Of a DNA stretch of 32,000 bases, positions 1 to 8,222 are shown piece by piece. The notes below the pieces were generated by a model, which saw nothing but the letters and a program-made list of their open reading frames with translations, ran no database searches and had not been told where the DNA came from. The DNA is from an uncultured Chloroflexia bacterium (lineage in GTDB: Bacteria > Chloroflexota > Anaerolineae > Anaerolineales > Anaerolineaceae), in contig OY969938.1 of NCBI GenBank assembly GCA_963704755.1, positions 4,140,001-4,172,000 of the forward strand, in the 5' to 3' direction. Made by a program: the position numbers and the translations under genes. Position 1 is the first letter of the stretch, and each line of letters begins with the position of its first letter.

Positions 1-874
1 CCTGGGCGCCTTCAAGAATGTAATACTCGCGCCCGATCAGCTTGCCGGAACGGATGAAGAAGACTTGCACACAGGCTTCGCCATCGTCGCGGGCCATGGC
101 GATTACATCCGAATCGATCTGGTCGTCGGAAATGACTTTTTGCTTCTCGACCACCCGTTCGATGGCCTGGATCTGGTCGCGTAGGGCGGCGGCGCGCTCG
201 AAGCGCAGCTCTTCGGAAGCCTGGGCCATTTCACCCTGCAGGCGCTCGACGATCACACCGGTGCGGCCTTCCAGGAAATCGCACAGGTCCAGGATCATCC
301 GCCGGTAGGCAGCCTGCTGGATGGCGCCGATGCACGGCCCGGTGCACAACTTGATATCGTAGTACAGGCAGGGGCGCGCGTCCTGGCCGGTGATTTCCCG
401 GTCGCAGGTCAGGTAGGGAAAGATGTGCCGCAGTACGTCCAGGGTCTGGTGGACGGCCCACACACTCGTGTAGGGGCCAAAATAGCGCGAGCCGTCTTTG
501 ACCATCTGGCGGGTGACGGTCACTTTGGGGAAGGGGTCGTTCAGGTGGACTTTGATATAGGGGTAACGTTTGTCGTCTTTAAGGCGGATGTTATAACGCG
601 GGCGATGCTTCTTGATCAGGTTCATTTCCAGGATCAAGGCTTCCAACTCCGAACCGACCACAATCCACTCGAGATCGACGATATGCTCCACCAGTTTACG
701 GGTCTTGAAATCGCCCTCGTGGTTCGAGTGGAAATAAGAACGCACCCGGTTCTTCAGGTTGATCGCCTTGCCCACGTAGATCACCTGGCCACGGTCGTTC
801 TTCATAATATAACAGCCGGGTTTATCGGGCAGGGTGCTGAGAATACCTCTAATGTGTTCGCTAATATCAGGCAT
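1..874 (-). CDS. uvrC: Excinuclease ABC subunit C (UvrC), N-terminal part; the 3' end lies beyond the window edge
   Basis: Absent from the ORF track because it has no stop in the window. My reverse-strand translation from the ATG (complement of 872-874) reads MPDISEHIRGILSTLPDKPGCYIMKNDRGQVIYVGKAINLKNRVRSYF...ELEALILEMNLIKKHRPRYNIRLKDDKRYPYIKV...CLYYDIKLCTGPCIG...LRFERAAALRDQIQAIE. This matches the GIY-YIG nuclease domain, the Cys-rich segment and the UVR motif of UvrC. The frame stays open to position 1. Confidence 0.9.
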   Translation of the reverse strand, partial: MPDISEHIRGILSTLPDKPGCYIMKNDRGQVIYVGKAINLKNRVRSYFHSNHEGDFKTRKLVEHIVDLEWIVVGSELEALILEMNLIKKHRPRYNIRLKDDKRYPYIKVHLNDPFPKVTVTRQMVKDGSRYFGPYTSVWAVHQTLDVLRHIFPYLTCDREITGQDARPCLYYDIKLCTGPCIGAIQQAAYRRMILDLCDFLEGRTGVIVERLQGEMAQASEELRFERAAALRDQIQAIERVVEKQKVISDDQIDSDVIAMARDDGEACVQVFFIRSGKLIGREYYILEGAQ

Positions 875-943
875 ATGTTCTATTATAAAGGAAAGCGGCG
901 AAAATTTCGACCGCCTGGACGATGCGGATGGACTCGAAGTATG

Positions 944-992
944 TTATGGGGTATTTGGGGGCTTGCTGCGCAAGCCCCCAAATACCCCATAA
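944..992. repeat. Perfect 23-bp-stem palindrome (3-nt loop) in the divergent uvrC/oxidoreductase intergenic region
   Basis: The left arm ttatggggtatttgggggcttgc (944-966) is the exact reverse complement of gcaagcccccaaataccccataa (970-992). The loop is tgc. Confidence 0.85.
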
Positions 993-1040
993 TTAAAAAC
1001 ATTTTAGCGCTCTCGACTATGCTTTCGGGCCGCCTGCTCT

Positions 1041-1046
1041 TATAAT
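1041..1046 (+). promoter_or_regulatory. Candidate -10 box (TATAAT) for the oxidoreductase operon
   Basis: Exact TATAAT about 35 nt upstream of the ATG at 1081. No convincing -35 hexamer was found. Confidence 0.3.
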
Positions 1047-1080
1047 GAGCGGTGTACACCCGTCTCAAGGAACCCAAAAT

Positions 1081-3291
1081 ATGAAACAACTTTTACAATA
1101 CATGCGCAACGGAACGACCGTCGTCGAGGAAGTGCCTGCGCCGCAGGTCCGCCCAGGGATGGCCCTGGTGCAGACCGCCGCCTCGCTGGTCTCGGCCGGC
1201 ACCGAGCGCATGCTGGTCGAATTTGCCGAGAAAAACCTGGTCGATAAAGCCCGCTCGCGGCCCGACCTGGTCCGCCAGGTGCTGGACAAAGCCCGTCGAG
1301 AGGGGATCCTTTCGACGATCGAGTCGACGTTCAACCGCCTGGACCAACCCATGGCATTGGGTTATTCCTCGGCCGGCGTCATTGTGGACGTGGGCCGCGG
1401 GCTGGAGGGGTTCAAGCCCGGTGACCGGGTGGCCTGCGCCGGGGGCGGGTACGCCGTCCACGCCGAGTACGAAGTGGTGCCGCAAAATTTACTGGCCCAT
1501 TTGCCCGGACCGGTCGATTTCGAATCGGGGGCTTTTGCTACCCTGGGGGCGATTGCCTTGCAAGGGTTCCGCCAGGCCGGGACTCAGGTGGGCGAGCGGG
1601 TGGCCGTGATCGGCCTGGGTCTGCTGGGCCTGCTGGCGGTGGAGATTGCCCAGGCGGCCGGCTGCCAGGTATTTGGGGTGGATACCAACCCCCAGCGCGT
1701 AAAGCTGGCAGCCCAATTAGGCGCGACCGCGGTGATCCGGGAAGGCGCCGAGGAGAGCGGGCGCAGTTATTCGCAGGGGCGCGGCTTCGACGCCGTGCTC
1801 ATTTGCGCCGATACGGCCTCAGACGACCCGGTCAAACTGGCCGGGGAGCTGGCCCGCGATCGGGCCGCGATCGTGGCCATCGGCGCGGTCGGGCTGGACA
1901 TTCCGCGCAAGATTTATTACGAAAAAGAGCTGAACCTGGTGGTCTCCCGCTCCTACGGCCCGGGCCGCTACGACCCAGGGTACGAAGAGGGCGGCAAAGA
2001 TTATCCCTACGGGTTCGTGCGCTGGACCGAGGGCCGCAATATCCAGGCCATTGTCGATTTGATGGCGGCCAGCAAGATGGACGTGAAGCCCCTGATCAGC
2101 CACCGCTTCCCCATCAAGCAAGCCGCCCAGGCCTACGAGCTGATCACCGGCAAACAGGGCGAGCCTTTCCTGGGTGTTCTTTTGACCTATCCGCATGAGG
2201 AAACAGCCGAGCCACCCAGCCGCAAAGTAGCTACCGGCCTATCCGGGGGCAACATCGCGGCAACACCGGCCAGCGGGTTGGGGGTGCTGGGGGCCGGGAA
2301 TTACGCTAACGCCGTTTTCCTGCCGGCGGTGCAAAAAGTGGGCGGGCTGACCCGGGTGGGCATCGCCACGGCCGGCGGGCTGACCGCCCGGCACGCAGCC
2401 CAACGCTATGGTTTTGCCTATGCCGCCACCGACGAAGACGAAATCCTGCAAGACGAGCGCATCCAGGCGGTGGCCATCCTGACCCGCCACAATCAGCACG
2501 CCCGACAGGTGGTAACGGCTTTGCAAGCCGGCAAGCACGTATTTTGTGAGAAGCCCCTGGCGATTTACCCGGGAGAATTGGCTCAAATTCGGACCGAGCT
2601 GGAAAAATCGAACGGATTGATCCTGATGGAAGGCTTCAACCGGCGCTTCGCGCCTTTTTCGCTCAAACTGGCCGAGTTTTTCAAGGGTCGCAGCGAGCCG
2701 ATGATGGTCCACTACCGGGTCAACGCCGGCTATTTGCCGTTGACCCTCTGGCATCACGATCCGGACCAGGGCGGCGGGCGGATCATCGGTGAGGGCTGCC
2801 ATTTCATCGATTATTTGACCTTCCTGATCGGGGCAGCGCCGCTTTCGGTGCGCACGCTGGGCTTACCGGACGGCGGCCGCTACCACGAAGATAACGTGGT
2901 CATGGAATTCCGTTATCCGGACGGCTCGCTGGGCACGGTCAGCTACCTGGCCAACGGGGACAAAAGTTTCCCCAAGGAACGGGTGGAGGTCTTCTGCGGG
3001 GGGCGGGCAGCCGCGCTGGACGACTTCCGCAGCCTGGAACTGGCTCAAAACGGCCGGCGCAGCCGGCAGGTTGCGCGCCTGCGCCAGGATAAAGGCCACC
3101 GGGCCGGCTGGCAGGCTTTTGTGACCGCAGTGACCGAGGGCGGCCGGCCACCCATCCCCTACGAGCAATTGTTCGGCGTGACCCAGGCTGCCTTTGCGGC
3201 GCTGGACTCGCTCCACAGTGGGGCGGAAGAAACAATCGCGTTCGAAAAAGCGGACGATGAACCTGGCGACACTGCTCAAAGCCGCGGCTGA
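1081..3291 (+). CDS. Bi-domain oxidoreductase: N-terminal zinc-type alcohol dehydrogenase/MDR domain fused to a C-terminal Gfo/Idh/MocA NAD(P)-binding oxidoreductase
   Basis: ORF 1045-3291; I prefer the ATG at 1081 (MKQLLQYMRNG). The N-terminal half has an MDR-like Rossmann motif (VAVIGLGLLGLLAV). The C-terminal half is Gfo/Idh/MocA-like (GVLGAGNYANAVFLPA...EKPLA...GFNRRF). This fusion is typical of polysaccharide loci. Confidence 0.85.
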   Translation: MKQLLQYMRNGTTVVEEVPAPQVRPGMALVQTAASLVSAGTERMLVEFAEKNLVDKARSRPDLVRQVLDKARREGILSTIESTFNRLDQPMALGYSSAGVIVDVGRGLEGFKPGDRVACAGGGYAVHAEYEVVPQNLLAHLPGPVDFESGAFATLGAIALQGFRQAGTQVGERVAVIGLGLLGLLAVEIAQAAGCQVFGVDTNPQRVKLAAQLGATAVIREGAEESGRSYSQGRGFDAVLICADTASDDPVKLAGELARDRAAIVAIGAVGLDIPRKIYYEKELNLVVSRSYGPGRYDPGYEEGGKDYPYGFVRWTEGRNIQAIVDLMAASKMDVKPLISHRFPIKQAAQAYELITGKQGEPFLGVLLTYPHEETAEPPSRKVATGLSGGNIAATPASGLGVLGAGNYANAVFLPAVQKVGGLTRVGIATAGGLTARHAAQRYGFAYAATDEDEILQDERIQAVAILTRHNQHARQVVTALQAGKHVFCEKPLAIYPGELAQIRTELEKSNGLILMEGFNRRFAPFSLKLAEFFKGRSEPMMVHYRVNAGYLPLTLWHHDPDQGGGRIIGEGCHFIDYLTFLIGAAPLSVRTLGLPDGGRYHEDNVVMEFRYPDGSLGTVSYLANGDKSFPKERVEVFCGGRAAALDDFRSLELAQNGRRSRQVARLRQDKGHRAGWQAFVTAVTEGGRPPIPYEQLFGVTQAAFAALDSLHSGAEETIAFEKADDEPGDTAQSRG

Positions 3292-5206
3292 AATCGGCCC
3301 CGGCCAGATCAGCCAGGTGTTGATCTACCGGGCCGGCCTGGCCACGGGGATCTATCGCCGGCTCACCCCGGTCGGGGGTAACCCCGCGGCCGTGACCGTC
3401 CCGGCGCGCCTGGATATCTTCGATTTGCCGGAACGTGCGGCGCTTGTCGCGCAATTGGCAGCCTTTGACCCGCAGGGGACTACGGCGGCTTGCCGCCAGG
3501 CAGACGAAATCCTGGCCGGGCGGGTAAACCTGTTCGGCGGGGTGCCGGCTGTCCTGGATCTGGCGCCGCCCGGCGCTGATGTCCACTGGAGCCAGGCCGA
3601 TGCGCAGGTGACCGGCGACGTCAAGCTAATCTGGGAGCCGGCCCGCCTGGGCTGGGCTTTCACCTTGGGACGAGCCTACCGCCTCACTGGCCGAGAGGAA
3701 TACGGGGAAGGCTTCTGGCGCTATTGGGAAGACTTTCAGGCGGCCAACCCGGTCAACTGTGGGCCAAACTGGGCCTCGGCCCAGGAGGTGGCCCTGCGGC
3801 TGATCGCCCTGGCTTTTGTCGGGCAGGTCTTCGCCGGATCACCCCATTCGACCGATGAACGGATGCAGGCTTTGCGCCGTTCGCTGGCGGAACATGCCGC
3901 GCGGATTCCGGTTACGCTGGCCTACGCGCGCGCTCAAAACAATAATCACCTGATCAGTGAGGCGGCCGGGATGTTCCTGGCCGGCCATTTGCTGCCGGAT
4001 CACCCCCAGGCGGGCCGCTGGCAGCGGCTGGGCTGGCGCTGGTTCAACCGGGCTATACAAAGCCAGGTCGAGGATGACGGCACTTATATCCAGCAATCGC
4101 TGGCCTATCACCGCCTGGTGCTGCACCTGGCGCTGCTGGTCCGGCGGGTGGCCGGGCTGGAAGGCAGGCAATTTCCCGAAGCCACCCGGCGGAAACTGGA
4201 GGCGGCTACGCGCTGGCTGCTGGCTCAGGTAGACCCGCTCAGCGGGCAGGCGCCTAACCTGGGCCATAATGACGGCACCCAACTTTTGCCGCTGACCGGC
4301 CTGGATTATGGCGATTATCGCCCAGTGGCCCAGGCGGCTTCCATAGCTTTTTTGGGCCAACCCTGCCTGCCGGGCGGAAACTGGGATGAGCTGGCGGCCT
4401 GGCTGGGATTGTCAGCGATCGGTGGAGAACGGCTTGAACTACCTGTGGAAAGCCCGGCGGTGCGCCGGCTGGGGAATGCCCACGAGTGGGCCACCCTGCG
4501 GGCCAGGCATTATACCTCGCGCCCGGGGCAGGCCGACCAGTTGCAGGTGGAGCTGTGGCACGAGGGGGTCAATGTGCTGATCGACCCGGGCACGTATGCC
4601 TATAACCTGCCCGAACCCTGGGAGAATGGCCTGGCGCTGGCCGAGGTCCACAATGCACCCATGCTGGCCGGGTGCCAGCCGATGCGGCGGGCGGGCAAAT
4701 TCACCTGGCTGGATTGGGACCAGGCCGCCTGGTTGGAGGAAGAGGGACAGCCGGGAAAGCGCCTGGCGGCATTACGGTTCGGCTATGCCCATTATGGCGT
4801 GGCCCAGCGGCGCACACTGGAGTGGCTGGCGGAGGGTTCCTGGCGGATTGCGGACCGGCTGGTGGGTAACGGCCGGCAAGATATACAGCTCACCTGGCTG
4901 CTGCCGGACGGCGATTGGCAGATCGAGGGGAACATCCTGTGGGTCCGCCTGGCGACCTGTCAGGTGCGGCTGAGTGCGGCTTGTGCCGAGACTACAATGA
5001 GCATTCATCTGGTGCGGGCCGGTGAGACGCTTTACGGCGAACCAATGGGGGATGAGCGCCTGGGCTGGACCTCGCCGACCTACGCGAAGAAGGTACCGGC
5101 GCTGGCGTTTTGTGTCCGAATGAATTCTGCCTTACCGCTGGAGATTGTGACAGGCGTGGAGATGAAGAGATTAGAGAGGAGAGAAGAGAGAATAGTTGAG
5201 GAATAA
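3257..5206 (+). CDS. Heparinase II/III-like (alginate-lyase-fold) protein
   Basis: ORF 3194-5206; I prefer the ATG at 3257 (MNLATLLKAA), which overlaps the upstream stop by 35 nt. Family-typical motifs are AQNNNHLISEAAG, LAYHRLVLHLALL, PNLGHNDG and VELWHEGVNVLIDPGTYAY. The last ~15 codons (KRLERREERIVEE) lie inside a repeat-derived sequence (see findings). Confidence 0.75.
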   Translation: MNLATLLKAAAEIGPGQISQVLIYRAGLATGIYRRLTPVGGNPAAVTVPARLDIFDLPERAALVAQLAAFDPQGTTAACRQADEILAGRVNLFGGVPAVLDLAPPGADVHWSQADAQVTGDVKLIWEPARLGWAFTLGRAYRLTGREEYGEGFWRYWEDFQAANPVNCGPNWASAQEVALRLIALAFVGQVFAGSPHSTDERMQALRRSLAEHAARIPVTLAYARAQNNNHLISEAAGMFLAGHLLPDHPQAGRWQRLGWRWFNRAIQSQVEDDGTYIQQSLAYHRLVLHLALLVRRVAGLEGRQFPEATRRKLEAATRWLLAQVDPLSGQAPNLGHNDGTQLLPLTGLDYGDYRPVAQAASIAFLGQPCLPGGNWDELAAWLGLSAIGGERLELPVESPAVRRLGNAHEWATLRARHYTSRPGQADQLQVELWHEGVNVLIDPGTYAYNLPEPWENGLALAEVHNAPMLAGCQPMRRAGKFTWLDWDQAAWLEEEGQPGKRLAALRFGYAHYGVAQRRTLEWLAEGSWRIADRLVGNGRQDIQLTWLLPDGDWQIEGNILWVRLATCQVRLSAACAETTMSIHLVRAGETLYGEPMGDERLGWTSPTYAKKVPALAFCVRMNSALPLEIVTGVEMKRLERREERIVEE

Positions 5207-5209
5207 GGC

Positions 5210-5401
5210 GATGAGGCAACGAGTGGATGAGGCAACGAGTGGATGAGCCAGCGAGTGGATGAGGCAACGAGTGGATGAGGCAACGAGTGGATGAGGCAAC
5301 GAGTGGATGAGGCAACGAGTGGATGGGGGAAAGAGTGGATGAGGCAACGAGTGGATGGGGCAACGAGTGGATGAGGCAACGAGTCGACGAGGCAACGAGG
5401 G
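5210..5401. repeat. Tandem repeat, 12 contiguous copies of the 16-bp unit GATGAGGCAACGAGTG
   Basis: Counted unit by unit: 5210-5225, 5226-5241, and so on to 5386-5401. Units 3, 8, 10, 11 and 12 carry point variants. The array starts 4 nt after the heparinase-like stop codon. Confidence 0.95.
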
Positions 5402-5473
5402 CATGAGGGGAAGAGGTTGAGGACGGGCATGTAGGTTAAAAAAAAGGGAATGAAAAAAGCCCACCCCATTGTT

Positions 5474-5778
5474 CGGCCCGGTCTCCAGACCGAGGCCGCT
5501 CTTCTGCATTTATCCATCAATTCGCCTGGTTAATTACCGTGTATCCATTTTTTTTCTTTCCTATTTTTTCAAAGAACGGCATCATAGTGGTGCATTCCGG
5601 ATGTGCCTGGGTGGGCCAGCGGCCTGGCTAGTCTACTCAACCAAAGTCGGGATGTCAGTCTTCAAATGCACCCTTGTATGGTGCTCTTTCAAAAAAATCT
5701 TCTCTGCGATCTCTGCGCCTCAGCGGTGGATATTCCTGTCCGGCACCGAAGAGCGGCCTCGGTCTGGAGACCGGGCCG
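5474..5778. repeat. 305-bp element bounded by perfect 31-bp inverted repeats (MITE-like or long hairpin)
   Basis: cggcccggtctccagaccgaggccgctcttc (5474-5504) is the exact reverse complement of gaagagcggcctcggtctggagaccgggccg (5748-5778). The 243-bp interior has T-rich and A-rich runs and no credible ORF. Confidence 0.8.
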
Positions 5779-5848
5779 ATCCGCTTTCAACCAATCCTTT
5801 TTTTGTGAATTCCATGGCTCCAGGTTTTTCGCTACCCGTGGCCAAGGC

Positions 5849-6030
5849 GTAGGTTGGGTTCGGGCTCAATTATGGCCCATGTTAATGAAATGCTTTTTTC
5901 TTATCCAGGACTTGCCCGGAACCCAACAATTGCGACAATCACATAAGATGTTGGGTTCCGGGCAAGTCCTGGAATGTTACGCGAACGGATTCTTTGCCGG
6001 TGTTCTGAATGAGCCCGCAACCCAACCTAC
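5849..6030. repeat. Nested double-hairpin element of the GTAGGTTGGGTT repeat family
   Basis: The outer arms are gtaggttgggttcgggctca (5849-5868) and tgagcccgcaacccaacctac (6010-6030), differing by one indel. The inner arms are a perfect 25-bp inverted repeat, tccaggacttgcccggaacccaaca (5904-5928) and tgttgggttccgggcaagtcctgga (5949-5973). Confidence 0.8.
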
Positions 6031-6205
6031 TTTCTGTGTCTCCGCGCTTTTTTCAACGCTTATTTAAGGCTGGACCGTAACGGTGCGTTCCGGGCACGCC
6101 GATTTGGGCGTTTGCCCCAATGGTTTACCGGCGTCGGGGAAGTCCAGCCCTCAAACGCACCCTACGCCGGCGCCCGGCCTAAAAAGACTAATTCTCTTTT
6201 CCCTT

Positions 6206-6265
6206 GTTGCCTCATCGACTTATTGCCTATTTTCTAACCTCTATTCTCCATTTTCCTCTTATCCC
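6206..6265. repeat. Inverted, diverged copy of the sequence at 5164-5220 (tandem-repeat unit plus purine-rich flank)
   Basis: gttgcctcatcgacttattgcc (6206-) matches the reverse complement of 5199-5220 (gttgcctcatcgccttattcct) at about 19 of 22 positions by eye. A pyrimidine-rich tract follows that mirrors the purine-rich 5164-5198. Confidence 0.5.
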
Positions 6266-6290
6266 CCCCTTTCTCGGTTAAAATTCAAGC

Positions 6291-7502
6291 ATGCATATTT
6301 TGCTTATCCACCAGGCGTTTGCGGCCCTGGACGAAGCGGGGGGGACCCGTCACTACGAAATGGCCCGCTTCCTGGTCTCCCGCGGACACACCGTTACCAT
6401 CATCGCCAGCCCGATCAGCTATTTGAGCGGGAAAAGCCGGGACGAAAAACGTCCCTGGATGGAGGTGCAGCACCCCGAGCCGGGGATTACTATCCTGAGA
6501 ACATACACTTACCCGGCCCTGCATCGTAGTTTTATCCACCGCGTGTTCAGTTTTGTCAGCTTCATGGTGTCCTCTTTCCTGGCCGGGCTGAGGGTGCGTA
6601 AAGTGGACCTGGTGTGGGGCACGTCCCCACCGATCTTTCAAGGCATCACTGCCTGGATACTGGCCCGTCTGAAACGGGCCAGGTTCTTGTTCGAGGTCCG
6701 CGACCTGTGGCCGGCCTTTGCCGTCGCGGTAGGCGTCCTGAAAAACCCGTTTCTGATCCGTATTTCGCTGATGCTGGAGCGGTTCTTGTATCAACGGGCG
6801 GACCGGCTGGTGGTGAACTCGCCCGGCTACATCCAGCACGTGCTCGAGCATGGCGCCAAAAAGGTCGATCTGATCCCCAACGGCGCCGACCCGGACATGT
6901 TTTCGCTGGACGTATCCGGCGAGGGCTTTCGCGATCAGTGGCAGCTAGGCCAATGTTTTGTGGCCATGTATGCCGGCGCGCATGGGATTTCCAATGACCT
7001 GGGCGTGATTTTGCAGGCGGCCAATATCCTGCGCGGGCAGGAAGGAATCCGCTTTGCCCTGGTAGGAGACGGCAAAGAGAAAGCGGCGCTGCAAAAACAG
7101 GCTCAGGCTTTGGGCCTGACCAACGTGGTCTTTGTCCCTTCGGTGCCAAAAAACGAAATGGCCGGGGTCATGGCAGCCGCGGATGCCTGTATCGCCATCC
7201 TCAAGCCGCTGGAGTTGTACAAGACGACTTATCCCAATAAGGTCTTCGATTATATGGCCGCCGGGAAACCGGTCCTTTTAGTGATTGATGGGGTGATCCG
7301 TGAAGTGGTAGAATCATGCAAAGCTGGAATTGCCGTTCCCCCCGGAGACGCACAAAAACTCGCTGATGCGGTCATGAAACTGGCGCACGATCCGGCTTTG
7401 GGGCGGGAAATGGGAAGAGCGGGCCGCAAGGCTATTGAAGAAACCTATAACCGCAGCCATTTTTCAGTTCAATTTGCAGAATTATTGGAAGAAATGAGGT
7501 GA
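6291..7502 (+). CDS. Glycosyltransferase family 4 (WbuB/WcaI-like)
   Basis: 403-aa ORF. The N-terminus MHILLIHQAFAALDEAGGTRHYEMARFLVSRGHTVTII is typical of GT4 WbuB-like enzymes. The C-terminal half is GT-B-like (ALVGDGKEK...NKVFDYMAAGKPVL). Confidence 0.85.
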   Translation: MHILLIHQAFAALDEAGGTRHYEMARFLVSRGHTVTIIASPISYLSGKSRDEKRPWMEVQHPEPGITILRTYTYPALHRSFIHRVFSFVSFMVSSFLAGLRVRKVDLVWGTSPPIFQGITAWILARLKRARFLFEVRDLWPAFAVAVGVLKNPFLIRISLMLERFLYQRADRLVVNSPGYIQHVLEHGAKKVDLIPNGADPDMFSLDVSGEGFRDQWQLGQCFVAMYAGAHGISNDLGVILQAANILRGQEGIRFALVGDGKEKAALQKQAQALGLTNVVFVPSVPKNEMAGVMAAADACIAILKPLELYKTTYPNKVFDYMAAGKPVLLVIDGVIREVVESCKAGIAVPPGDAQKLADAVMKLAHDPALGREMGRAGRKAIEETYNRSHFSVQFAELLEEMR

Positions 7503-7505
7503 ATC

Positions 7506-8216
<711 letters not shown>

Positions 8217-8222
8217 GCCGGC

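Noticed and set aside
425-1045. 206-aa plus-strand ORF and neighbours (42-308, 231-461)
   Set aside because: They lie antisense to, or out of frame with, a clearly recognisable uvrC coding sequence on the minus strand. Their composition is Arg/Gly/Val-rich, typical of high-GC shadow ORFs.
5210-5401. Possible CRISPR array
   Set aside because: The 16-bp units are directly contiguous with no spacers and are far shorter than CRISPR repeats. No cas genes are present in the window.
5080-5520. Three overlapping minus-strand ORFs (146, 123 and 112 aa) with HPLVASSTRCLIHSLP-type repeats
   Set aside because: They are read-through artefacts of the 16-bp tandem repeat. Because 16 is not a multiple of 3, the same peptide cycles through all three frames, so no frame is specifically coding.
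5603-6529. ORFs 5603-6067 (154 aa) and 6083-6529 (148 aa) in the repeat-filled spacer
   Set aside because: They run through inverted-repeat arms; the peptide RRAASVWRPGR also appears in a minus-strand ORF from the other arm. They have no RBS, and the second overlaps the well-supported GT4 gene out of frame.
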